DNA from: Bacteroidota bacterium
GTDB lineage: Bacteria > Bacteroidota > Ignavibacteria > UBA10030 > BY39
Reading direction: 5' to 3'
Assembly (NCBI GenBank): GCA_030682385.1
Contig: JAUXOG010000075.1
Coordinates: 1,825-65,824 of the forward strand
Length of the DNA stretch: 64,000 nt
Below the pieces are notes generated by a model. That model was given only the letters and a program-made list of their open reading frames with translations, was not told the DNA's origin and ran no database searches. Of this stretch, positions 50,048 through 59,490 are shown piece by piece; position 1 is the stretch's first letter, and every line of letters starts with the position of its first letter. Made by a program: the position numbers and the translations under genes.

Positions 50048-50147
50048 ATTATAGTCTCTTCCGGTAATTTATTTTAATGAATTTAATTGTAAAGCACAAG
50101 TATATTTGAATAAAATTAAAAAAATATCTAACTTAAGTAAAAACAAT

Positions 50148-50762
50148 ATGCTAATTACGTTCGAGGGTTTAGATTTTTCGGGTAAAACCACCCAAATCAA
50201 ATTGTTAACCGACAAGTTGCGGCAGCACAGCTACGATGTTATTGTAGTCCGCGAGCCGGGCGGCACACCAATTTCGGAAAAAATCCGGGATATTCTTCTT
50301 GATAAAAAAAACTTGGAAATGACTCAAATTGCGGAGCTTTTGTTGTTTTCGGCAGCCCGAACCCAGCTTGTAAGTCAGATTATTATTCCCGCACTGCAAT
50401 CCGGAAAAATTGTTATTTGCGATAGATATGACGATTCGACAACTGCATATCAGGGTTGCGGCAGAGGGATTCCGTTGGATGCCGTTAAACAAATCAACAA
50501 GTTGGCAACTTTAGGAACGATTCCCGATATTACTTTTTTTATCGATATTCCTTTGAGTGAAGTTGCACACAGGCTGAAAGAGTCGAAAGCTTCTGCCGAC
50601 AGGATGGAATCATCGGGCGATGCTTTTTATGAAAAAGTCAGAAAGGGATTTTTCGACATTGCTAAAAGTGAACCTGAAAGATTTTTAGTAATCGACGGTA
50701 ACCGCAGAATCGATACTGTGGCTGATGAAATTTGGAAGATAGTTAGCTTAAATTTAAGTTAG
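50148..50762 (+). CDS. tmk: Thymidylate kinase
   Basis: P-loop ITFEGLDFSGKTTQ. DRY-like motif ICDRYDDS. Confidence 0.85.
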   Translation: MLITFEGLDFSGKTTQIKLLTDKLRQHSYDVIVVREPGGTPISEKIRDILLDKKNLEMTQIAELLLFSAARTQLVSQIIIPALQSGKIVICDRYDDSTTAYQGCGRGIPLDAVKQINKLATLGTIPDITFFIDIPLSEVAHRLKESKASADRMESSGDAFYEKVRKGFFDIAKSEPERFLVIDGNRRIDTVADEIWKIVSLNLS

Positions 50763-50780
50763 TAGAAAAGGATTTTTGTT

Positions 50781-52439
50781 ATGAATAAAATTAAAATAAA
50801 TAAATATTTTGCAGTTATAACTATTGTTTTAATAACTGTCGCATTTGGATTCACGGTTGCCGATTCAGATTATTTTTTTAAGCTCAACAAAAGCATCGAT
50901 ATTTTTGGAAGAGTGTTCAAAGAAGTTTCGTTGAATTATGTGGATGAAATTGACCCTGAAGTTTTCGTTAATTCAGGAGTTGAGGGAATGCTGAAGACAC
51001 TCGACCCATACACGAATTTCATACCCAGCACCGAGGCAAGCGATGTTGAACTTATTACCACAGGAAAATATGGAGGTATTGGAATCTCAATAAGTATGCG
51101 CGATGGATCGATAATCATTACATCGCTGATGGAAGGTTACACTGCACAGCGGCAGGGACTTCGCATTGGGGATCAAATTATTGATGTAGATGGAAAATCG
51201 ATGGTAGGAATTAAACCCGAAAATGTGCGGCACTTAACGCGAGGCGAACCGGGCACCGAAGTAAAACTTAAAGTAACACGCGAAGGTGAAGCCAAAGCAC
51301 TTGAATTTGTTTTGATAAGGGAAGAAATACGCCTAAAAAATATTTCCTATTCGGGTTTTGTAAAAGATAGTATTGCAATAATTTGTTTGGATAGGTTTAC
51401 GCGGACAGCAGGAGATGAGTTACGACTTGCAATTAAAGAGTTGAAATTAAAAGGAGAATTAAAAGGATTAATTATCGACCTCAGAGATAATCCCGGAGGA
51501 TTGTTGGAAGCTGCCGTTGAAATTGTTTCGAAATTTATTCCAAAGAACAGCTTGGTGGTTATTACAAAAGGACGGCGTGCGGAGTCGGAAGTAAAATTCT
51601 ATTCAACCGAAGAACCGATGCTGCCCGATGTACCATTAGTTGTATTAGTTAATAACAACAGCGCCAGTGCAAGCGAAATTGTTGCGGGCGCTCTTCAAGA
51701 TTTAGACAGAGCTGTAATTATCGGCACTACTACATTCGGAAAAGGTTTAGTGCAAAATATCTTTCCGCTCCCTTACAACACTCAATTGAAAATGACTACT
51801 GCAAAGTATTATACACCAAGCGGCAGATGTATTCAGGAACGAGATTATATACATAAAAGTAAAGAAGGATTATTTACAGTTACACCCGATAGCCTGCGAA
51901 AAAACTTTTTTACAAAAAACAGAAGGAATGTTCAGGATTTGGGTGGAGTTCATCCGGATACAACCGTTTTAGATTCTCAACCGAGTGGTATTTATAACGA
52001 ACTAATGAGGAAAGCGATGTTCTTCAAATTCGCAACACATTATGTTTCAACACATAAAGAGCCACCGACCAATTTTTCGGTGAACGGAGAATTGTGCCGT
52101 GAGTTCATAAAATATCTTGAAGAAAACAAGTTTGTATTCGAGGATGAAGCAGAAACGAAAATTGAAGACCTGAAAAAGTATGCAGAAAAAAACAAATACA
52201 GTGAAGAACTTATAAAAGAAATAACAGCTCTGAAAACAAAATTCACCCTACTAAAAAGCAACTCTGTGGAAGCAAATCGAAACGAAATTGTTAAAGCTTT
52301 GAGGATAGAAATAATGAGCCGCTACAAAGGCGAACAAGGAAAATTTGAAGCGTCGTTTGTTGATGATAATCAGATTTTAGTTGCAATTGAAACTCTAAAA
52401 AATATGAAACTGTACAAGAAAATCTTGAACATCGAATAA
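50781..52439 (+). CDS. S41-family C-terminal processing peptidase
   Basis: PDZ region, then VLVNNNSASASEIVAGALQDLDRAVIIGTTTFGKGLVQ. Confidence 0.8.
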   Translation: MNKIKINKYFAVITIVLITVAFGFTVADSDYFFKLNKSIDIFGRVFKEVSLNYVDEIDPEVFVNSGVEGMLKTLDPYTNFIPSTEASDVELITTGKYGGIGISISMRDGSIIITSLMEGYTAQRQGLRIGDQIIDVDGKSMVGIKPENVRHLTRGEPGTEVKLKVTREGEAKALEFVLIREEIRLKNISYSGFVKDSIAIICLDRFTRTAGDELRLAIKELKLKGELKGLIIDLRDNPGGLLEAAVEIVSKFIPKNSLVVITKGRRAESEVKFYSTEEPMLPDVPLVVLVNNNSASASEIVAGALQDLDRAVIIGTTTFGKGLVQNIFPLPYNTQLKMTTAKYYTPSGRCIQERDYIHKSKEGLFTVTPDSLRKNFFTKNRRNVQDLGGVHPDTTVLDSQPSGIYNELMRKAMFFKFATHYVSTHKEPPTNFSVNGELCREFIKYLEENKFVFEDEAETKIEDLKKYAEKNKYSEELIKEITALKTKFTLLKSNSVEANRNEIVKALRIEIMSRYKGEQGKFEASFVDDNQILVAIETLKNMKLYKKILNIE

Positions 52440-53243
52440 ATGGATTTCTTATCTATCATAATTTTATTATTTATTGGATGTATAATCGGATTTTTAGCCG
52501 GATTCTTTGGCGTAGGCGGCGGCGTGATATTAGTGCCGGTGCTTCTATTTTTTTTCGCAACTCAAACCATAGATGCAAGGATAATAACCCATCTTGCAAT
52601 GGGAACGAGTTTATTTATTGTAATATTTGCTTCCTTCGCATCTGCTTTCAAACATCAAAAACAAGGGAATGTTTTTTGGAAAGGTGTTCTGTTTATAGGA
52701 GTTTCGAGTATAATAACGGCGGCAATCGGGACTACAGTTGCTGCTGCAATTAGCGGTGAAGTATTACAAAAATTTTTCGCAATTGCCGTTCTCACGGTCA
52801 GCTTGCGTTTGTTTTTCGAGAAAACTAAAACTGAAGCAACCGGAGATTTTAATCCGAGCAAAATTAGACTCGTGATAATCGGTATTACAGTCGGCTTTTT
52901 ATCGGCATTGACCGGAATCGGCGGAGGTGTGTTCTCCATTCCGCTGATGTATTTTCTTGCAAACTTTCCTATCAAACGGGCAATCGGAACATCTTCAGCG
53001 ACTGTAATTATTACGGCATCAACGGCAGTTATCGGGTATGCTTTGAATGGCTACGGAAACGTTCACCTGCCTGCATACACAATCGGCTTTGTAGATTACC
53101 TGCATGCAATACCTTTAATTATCGGTACTGTTATAGTAGGTCCGTTTGGTGCTGCCGCAGCAAACAAAACCTCTTCGTTGATGCTTCGGAAATTGTTTGC
53201 TGCATACTTATTTGTAAATTCAATTTTTATGTTTATTAAATAA
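52440..53243 (+). CDS. TauE/SafE-family sulfite exporter
   Basis: Duplicated 4-TM halves, each with a GxGGG motif (GFFGVGGGVIL and TGIGGGVFSIPL). Confidence 0.75.
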   Translation: MDFLSIIILLFIGCIIGFLAGFFGVGGGVILVPVLLFFFATQTIDARIITHLAMGTSLFIVIFASFASAFKHQKQGNVFWKGVLFIGVSSIITAAIGTTVAAAISGEVLQKFFAIAVLTVSLRLFFEKTKTEATGDFNPSKIRLVIIGITVGFLSALTGIGGGVFSIPLMYFLANFPIKRAIGTSSATVIITASTAVIGYALNGYGNVHLPAYTIGFVDYLHAIPLIIGTVIVGPFGAAAANKTSSLMLRKLFAAYLFVNSIFMFIK

Positions 53244-53247
53244 AAGG

Positions 53248-53514
53248 GTGGATATGAATTTTAACGGAATTATTGTCGCTGTTGCAACCGGTATTTTAAT
53301 TTGGTTCGGACATATTTGGGTTGTAAAACTTTTCAAATGGTCGGGAACAAAATTGTGGTTTGTTCCTTTGATAGCAGGTTTTATTTTTATGACAGCTTCG
53401 TTGAATTTGGAGAACGATACGCTCTCGGCTGTTTTCGCAATTGGAGCTGTAACTTTTTTCTGGGGAATTAAAGAGTTATTCGAGTATAAACAAAAATATA
53501 ATCAACAAATTTAA
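53248..53514 (+). CDS. Small hypothetical membrane protein
   Basis: Two hydrophobic helices. Confidence 0.35.
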   Translation: MDMNFNGIIVAVATGILIWFGHIWVVKLFKWSGTKLWFVPLIAGFIFMTASLNLENDTLSAVFAIGAVTFFWGIKELFEYKQKYNQQI

Positions 53515-53525
53515 AAGGATTAAAA

Positions 53526-53708
53526 ATGGCAAAAGAAACAAACGAATTATTTTCCGCCGGTAATTTAGCAAAGCTTTTACAGGTATCACCAGCCGTACTT
53601 AAAAAAGCAATAGAAGCGAGCAAAGTAAAACCCGATTCAACGAAAGGTGTGTGCTCGTACTATTCTGCAAACACGGCTGAAAAAATTAAAAAACATTTGA
53701 AGAAGTAA
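53526..53708 (+). CDS. Small hypothetical protein (60 aa)
   Basis: ORF track only. Confidence 0.25.
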   Translation: MAKETNELFSAGNLAKLLQVSPAVLKKAIEASKVKPDSTKGVCSYYSANTAEKIKKHLKK

Positions 53709-53732
53709 AATATAATATTGGATTTAGTGTGA

Positions 53733-53770
53733 ATTAGTGTAACCTGCCCGACGGCAGGCGGGTTCGTGGC
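53733..53770. repeat. 38-nt hairpin repeat, exact reverse complement of 6932-6969
   Basis: Direct comparison of the two sequences. A gccactaat (RC attagtggc) motif follows it. Confidence 0.85.
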
Positions 53771-54266
53771 AAAAATTCAAGCCACTAATCCGTCTCCGTC
53801 AACTGACGGATGACGGACACGAATACACACGAATATAATGGGACACCTGATATAAACGTATAAGATTTAGTTGAGTATTAGAGGCTTCTGAAACGGTTAC
53901 ACGGGAAAAAGATTTTGGGTTACTAATAAAAAGAAAATGATTTAAACTGTTTCAGTGTCCGAATTTGCTTTATAATAATATTTCAGGGAACGAAAACAGG
54001 AAGACATTTAACAGCGTGGTTTTTAAGCCGCCGCCCATAACAAGGAAACCGAGTAAAACACAACTGCCAATAATTAAGCCGAAGGTGCGTAACTTTCTCC
54101 GTACGCACCGAAGGCATGTTAATTAATTAGCCCGCCGCGGCGGAGAACACTTAGAACAACAAACTATAACAAAAACACAATTTCAAGAATCCAAAATCCG
54201 CCAAACTAAAATGGTAGCTTGTCCGCCACTGGCGGATTCGGGTTGAGGCGCTGATTAGCAAACGAT

Positions 54267-55070
54267 TTAAAAGATTAATGAAAAAGGCAAACTATCTTTT
54301 TGCTCATTATATTTTGTTTTGATTTCCTCAATAACTATTGGATTCTTAGAAAGTAAGGCCCAAATTGCTCCTTGAATTCGATTTAACTTAACATCTTCTT
54401 GACTTGACAATTTCATATTAATTACAAAATTAGCTTCCTTTTTATATTCTTCAATCAACGCTTGATTATCAGATTGAGCTGAACCCACTACAACTGAAAA
54501 TGCAAAAGCTTCTTCCAAAAAGTTCCTTTCACCCTCATAATCTTTAAATGATAATGCTGCAACACAGAGTTTCATTGATATGCTCTTGCCTTCAATCAAC
54601 TTATTAGGATAGAAAAACCGAGCCGTGATTGAAGCAATCTTGTTTATGCTTACGTCATATTTGGTTTTATAATTATATCCAGCCACAGGATTACCTTGCG
54701 CAGATAAATAGTAGCATATTAAATCTGTAAATGAATTTGTAAAAGCAGTATCCTTGTCGATAGAATTATAGAAATACTTAATTAGTTCTTCTTTATTATC
54801 AACTAATATCTTAAAAGAATCCGATTTTATTTCTAACTGGTTTTGTAAGAGATAATCTAAAGCTACTCTGTTTTGTTGGACAAAATTGTGTAAAAAATGA
54901 GATGAATCTACAGTATCAACTGCCATTACAGAATACTTCTTATCGCCGTACTCCATAACATTGACTTTAAATATATTTTTTGAAAAGTCTTTTATATCTT
55001 GCATATTTTCATTTTGTGCAAAAAGACTAAAAGATAAAACGAGTAGAGAGACACAAATTATTTTTTTCAT
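54267..55070 (-). CDS. Secreted hypothetical protein
   Basis: Signal peptide. Confidence 0.4.
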   Translation of the reverse strand: MKKIICVSLLVLSFSLFAQNENMQDIKDFSKNIFKVNVMEYGDKKYSVMAVDTVDSSHFLHNFVQQNRVALDYLLQNQLEIKSDSFKILVDNKEELIKYFYNSIDKDTAFTNSFTDLICYYLSAQGNPVAGYNYKTKYDVSINKIASITARFFYPNKLIEGKSISMKLCVAALSFKDYEGERNFLEEAFAFSVVVGSAQSDNQALIEEYKKEANFVINMKLSSQEDVKLNRIQGAIWALLSKNPIVIEEIKTKYNEQKDSLPFSLIF

Positions 55071-55304
55071 ACACTTACCTCTAATAAGTTTGATAACTAT
55101 TATTCATTCCGCTAAAGGCGGATAAAACTCCACCGTTTAGTTAATTAAAGAATACATATATCCACGGTGCTGCATACATGAATCCAAATTGTTTCGTTTT
55201 CCACTTATAAACACAATATTTAAAAATAGGGTCTACATGATATCATTCCATTCTCTTTTGGTACTTCTTCCTTTTTAAAGTAATTAGGAAATAAGAATAT
55301 TGCA

Positions 55305-56135
55305 TTAGTTCAGTTCTTCAAAAATTATTTTAAAATCATCTGGTATTTTATCAAAATATATCCAACTTCTGAATGAAACATGTATTGCTGGACAACGAGT
55401 ATTTTTATCTTCAATTCTTTTGTATTTATAGATGAATGTTTTGTTCCTAGAATCTTTATATAACCATTTGTTAAATCCTTTCAGGCATCCATTTCCATTT
55501 ATTTCTTTCCCTATGATGGAATATTTATTAAAATCAAAATATTCCATACTACACGTTCTTCCGTTATATTCATCATAAATTGCTCTGGAAGCACATAGGC
55601 TCACAACATTTCCACTAGGTGGAGGAATAATGAATGTTACTGCTCCATTTATACTATCTATTTCGAAAACAGTTTGATACGGAATTCTACTTTCTAAACG
55701 ACCAGTACTATCAAAAATCAGAATCTCATTATTAATAATATAAAATGGTGTTGAATTTAATTTATAATTTCGGCCATTATAAGTGACATATAAAGGTTTC
55801 CCACTAACATAGATTATTAAATCCCCAACTCCAATTTTTCCATCATCATCTGCATCAAGGGCTTGATACGACAATTGGAATTTATTTTGTTCACCATTAG
55901 CCGTAAAACGTTCGTATTTACCTTGGGGGGCATATTTTATTCTTAAACTGTTATAATCGTTTATATTTCTTAAGCAAAATTCAAATGAATAACAATTTAA
56001 GCAAGGAGGAATCGAATCGGATGATAATTCGCTAAATTGAATGGGCACCAGAATGGGTTCATCTATATCATGAACATTGCAAGAACCGATAAATAAAAAC
56101 AATAAACATATTAAAACATATTGGAAATATTTCAT
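55305..56135 (-). CDS. Hypothetical lipoprotein
   Basis: Lipobox LFLFIGSC. Confidence 0.4.
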   Translation of the reverse strand: MKYFQYVLICLLFLFIGSCNVHDIDEPILVPIQFSELSSDSIPPCLNCYSFEFCLRNINDYNSLRIKYAPQGKYERFTANGEQNKFQLSYQALDADDDGKIGVGDLIIYVSGKPLYVTYNGRNYKLNSTPFYIINNEILIFDSTGRLESRIPYQTVFEIDSINGAVTFIIPPPSGNVVSLCASRAIYDEYNGRTCSMEYFDFNKYSIIGKEINGNGCLKGFNKWLYKDSRNKTFIYKYKRIEDKNTRCPAIHVSFRSWIYFDKIPDDFKIIFEELN

Positions 56136-56208
56136 AGATCACCTTAATATTTTTTAGTTTATATTCACCAATGCTGCAACGTATATGCGGGCGGGGTTAA
56201 GCCGCTGG

Positions 56209-56595
56209 TTACGTTACTAAACTTTTTACTTCTTTTATTACTCTTTCAGCTAACGAAATAGAATTTTTACAAATATTTTTATCGGGATAAAAGAATGGAA
56301 GTGCACTGCCAAGAGGATATTTTGTAGGCAGGTAAATACTATCTAAGAAATCACATTCATCTTCTGTTAATTCTATTGCAATACCATTCTTTTCTAATAC
56401 CGTTTTCAATTCCATTATATTATGAGTTTTCATAAATGGAATTATATTTTCAATAAATAAAGACTTTAATGCTTTCTCTATAGATTGTTGAATATTGTGA
56501 AGGCAAGGATTATATAGTTCACTTTCAAGAAGGACTTTTACTGCTTCAAGATTCTCTTCAGAATAAGTGAGCCAACTTTTAGTTTCCTCTTGCAT
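56209..56595 (-). CDS. HEPN-domain protein (toxin-like partner of the MNT)
   Basis: 128 aa helical. Overlaps the MNT gene by 17 nt. Confidence 0.6.
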   Translation of the reverse strand: MQEETKSWLTYSEENLEAVKVLLESELYNPCLHNIQQSIEKALKSLFIENIIPFMKTHNIMELKTVLEKNGIAIELTEDECDFLDSIYLPTKYPLGSALPFFYPDKNICKNSISLAERVIKEVKSLVT

Positions 56596-56878
56596 AAATC
56601 ACTTCCCCAGATGCAACTTCACTTAAGAAAAAACTATTTTCATTTTTTCCTACGATTGGAAAAATATCAACAGCTATTTCTTTTGAAATATTTCTTATAA
56701 GTTTTCGATACTTTAATGCAAGGGTCAGATAATTATCTGAACTATTTTGAATCACTGCAATATCTATATCGTTTGGTGAATCACTGTTATTGAACGAACC
56801 AAATATTATAATTCTCTCGATTTCTTCTTGTCCTTTTAGCGAATCAACTATTTTATTTTTGAATTCAATCTTATTCAT
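56579..56878 (-). CDS. Minimal nucleotidyltransferase (MNT) domain protein
   Basis: Segment IIIFGSFNNSDSPNDIDIAV (GS...D.D motif). Confidence 0.65.
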   Translation of the reverse strand: MNKIEFKNKIVDSLKGQEEIERIIIFGSFNNSDSPNDIDIAVIQNSSDNYLTLALKYRKLIRNISKEIAVDIFPIVGKNENSFFLSEVASGEVIYARGN

Positions 56879-57046
56879 AGTGTTTTTCTTTGCTTTCATT
56901 CTATGTCTAAACATTTTACGATTTAAGAACTCTTATATTCTGAGGATTTACCACCCTCAAAATTATAATATGCAGCTTTTTGTCTCCTGCTGCATTAACA
57001 AACTATCGTTTAAAATATAAAATTAAATAATTTGAAATTCAACCAC

Positions 57047-57808
57047 CTATTTATTACACATTGCAAAAACTCGCACCGGACTTCCCGAACCACCTTCCAA
57101 TTTTAACGGAGCAACAATCAATGTAGCTCCGAGTGGGGGAAGTTTTCCGATGTCGGCTAAATTCTCAAGTGCATATTTGTTCGCTTCAAACAAAATTTTG
57201 TGAACAGGGAAGTCGGTGGAAAATCCGCAATCAATACTTAACGTTTCCACACCGATACCGTTTATGTTTCGTTCGTCAATTAAAAACTTAACTGCCTCTT
57301 CTGAAAAACCGGGAAAGTGCATCACTCCTTTTTCATCCTGATTCAAGTAAAGTTTTGGTTCATTCCAATAGTTACTCCAACCTGAATGCATCAAAACTAC
57401 AGAATTATTTTGTATCAAGCCAAACCTTTTTTCCCACTCTAAAATATCATTTACTGTTAAAGCATAGTCGGGGTTGTTCATCACTTTTTCCTGAACGCTG
57501 ATAACAACTGCCGGTATAATTAGATTGTCGAGAGGAATTTGATCAATTGTTAACTTGCCTTCCCAACCGTGCGCGGGTGCATCGATGTGTGTTCCGAAAT
57601 GTTCAGGTATGTTAAGCAACCGCGAATAGAAACCGTCCGTTTTGTAATTAGTTATAGTAACAGTTGAGTATTTTTCTGAAAATGAGCCTGAGGGCCAAAC
57701 CGGAATATTCAAACCGATTGTGTGGGTGAGGTCGATTATGTTTTGTTTGTATTTAATAGTCATCAGTTTGTTCAGCGACTTTGAACGTGTTGGACAGAAG
57801 CATCGCAA
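57047..57808 (-). CDS. Cyclase-family protein (kynurenine formamidase-like)
   Basis: Segment HFGTHIDAPAHGW. Confidence 0.7.
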   Translation of the reverse strand: MRCFCPTRSKSLNKLMTIKYKQNIIDLTHTIGLNIPVWPSGSFSEKYSTVTITNYKTDGFYSRLLNIPEHFGTHIDAPAHGWEGKLTIDQIPLDNLIIPAVVISVQEKVMNNPDYALTVNDILEWEKRFGLIQNNSVVLMHSGWSNYWNEPKLYLNQDEKGVMHFPGFSEEAVKFLIDERNINGIGVETLSIDCGFSTDFPVHKILFEANKYALENLADIGKLPPLGATLIVAPLKLEGGSGSPVRVFAMCNK

Positions 57809-58640
57809 TCGTCATCGGTCCGATGCCGCCTGGTACGGGCGAAATTGCACTTGCAACTTTCGAAACCGAATCAAAATGAACATCGCCAACAATACGATAA
57901 CCATTCTTTGCAGCCGGGTCATCAACTCGGTTAATACCCACATCAATTACAACTACACCGGGTTTAACCATATCGGCAGTAATAATTTCCGGTTTTCCGA
58001 TTGCCGCAATGAGAATGTCGGCTTGTTTTGTATAATAGGAAATATCTTTTGTTCCTGTATGTGCAATTGTTACAACAGCATTTGCACCGGCTTGTTTTTG
58101 CAGAAGCATATTTGCAACAGGTTTTCCAACGATATTGCTCCTGCCAACAACAACAACATGTTTTCCCGAAGTTTCTATTCCGTACCGTATCAATAGTTCC
58201 TGTATCCCTGCCGGTGTGCACGGACGCAGGGAATCCTGTCCGATTAGTAATTTGCCAACATTGATTGGGTGGAAGCCGTCAACATCTTTTTTATAATCAA
58301 TCGCTTCAATGATTTTATTTTCATCAATATGTTTCGGCAGGGGAAGCTGAACTAAAATGCCATGGATAGTTTTTTCGATATTGAATCTGTTTATGAGTTC
58401 GAGTAAAAATTCTTCGGAGGTTTCGGCGGGAAGTTTTTCTGTGATGGAATAAAATCCAACCTCGTCGCAAGCTTTGTTTTTCATTTTCACATAGCTTTGC
58501 GATGCGGGATTATCGCCGACTAAAATAAAAGCTAAACCGGGAGTAATTCCTTTTTGTGTTTTCAGGTGAAGTGTTTTGTTCTTTATTTCCGATTTTATTT
58601 CTTCGGAAATTTTCTTTCCGTCTAAAATTTGAGCTGACAT
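57753..58640 (-). CDS. folD: Bifunctional methylenetetrahydrofolate dehydrogenase/cyclohydrolase
   Basis: Segments MSAQILDGKKISEEIK..., ...GILVQLPLPKHIDE..., VVVVGRSNIVGKP. Confidence 0.85.
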   Translation of the reverse strand: MSAQILDGKKISEEIKSEIKNKTLHLKTQKGITPGLAFILVGDNPASQSYVKMKNKACDEVGFYSITEKLPAETSEEFLLELINRFNIEKTIHGILVQLPLPKHIDENKIIEAIDYKKDVDGFHPINVGKLLIGQDSLRPCTPAGIQELLIRYGIETSGKHVVVVGRSNIVGKPVANMLLQKQAGANAVVTIAHTGTKDISYYTKQADILIAAIGKPEIITADMVKPGVVVIDVGINRVDDPAAKNGYRIVGDVHFDSVSKVASAISPVPGGIGPMTIAMLLSNTFKVAEQTDDY

Positions 58641-58644
58641 TTTA

Positions 58645-59445
58645 TTAACCGAAGCTTGGGAAAACAATGCTTTCAAATTTAATCGCTTTGCCGGTTTCTG
58701 AATCAACTTTTATATAAGCACCGCAGAAACGGACATCGTGGCTTGCCATTTCGTATTTATAGGGAACGCCATGTATAAAACGTTTTATCGCGATATCTTT
58801 TTTCATCCCGATTACAGAATCGTAAGGTCCTGTCATTCCGACATCTGATATATATGCAGTTCCTTTTGGTAATATTCTTCCGTCGGCAGTGGGTACGTGT
58901 GTATGTGTTCCGATAACTGCACTTGCCCGTCCATCGAGGTGCCAGGCGAGAGCCATTTTTTCGGCAGTCGCTTCGGCATGGAAATCAACAATTATAATTT
59001 TGGTTTGATCGATAATTTTACTCAAAGCCCAGTCAGCCGATTTAAAAGGGTCGTCGATTGGCTGCATGTAAACTCTGCCTTGTAAATTTATAACCCCTAT
59101 TTTTCCTTTTTCACCTAAATCGTAAACGATGAAACCGTTTCCGGGATTTTCACGCGGGTAGTTTAATGGACGAAGAACCGTTCTGTTCTCGGCAAGTACT
59201 TTGCGCGCATCCCATTTGTCCCATAGATGATTACCGCCGGTAATTACATTAACACCCAGACCGGAAATTTTAGACACTAACTCGGCATTAAGTCCTTTGC
59301 CGTCGTTAAGGTTCTCGCCGTTAGCGATACAGAAATCGATTTGATATTTTTGGAAGTAGTTCTTGAGCAAAGTTTCGGTAACTTCGATACCGGGTTTCCC
59401 AATAATATCGCCGATGAACAGGATATTTATATGTTTAGACGACAT
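58645..59445 (-). CDS. YmdB-like metallophosphoesterase (TIGR00282 family)
   Basis: Segments INILFIGDIIGKPG, ...ANGENL..., GNHLWD. Confidence 0.7.
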   Translation of the reverse strand: MSSKHINILFIGDIIGKPGIEVTETLLKNYFQKYQIDFCIANGENLNDGKGLNAELVSKISGLGVNVITGGNHLWDKWDARKVLAENRTVLRPLNYPRENPGNGFIVYDLGEKGKIGVINLQGRVYMQPIDDPFKSADWALSKIIDQTKIIIVDFHAEATAEKMALAWHLDGRASAVIGTHTHVPTADGRILPKGTAYISDVGMTGPYDSVIGMKKDIAIKRFIHGVPYKYEMASHDVRFCGAYIKVDSETGKAIKFESIVFPSFG

Positions 59446-59490
59446 AAGTTTCTGCTCCAATATACATAAAAAAGGTAAAAGCTAAAAAGT

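Noticed and set aside
53940-54260. Possible tRNA or other small RNA gene in the hairpin-rich spacer
   Set aside because: No acceptor, D or T arm pattern and no GTTCRANYC T-loop found by eye. Left as unresolved rather than annotated.
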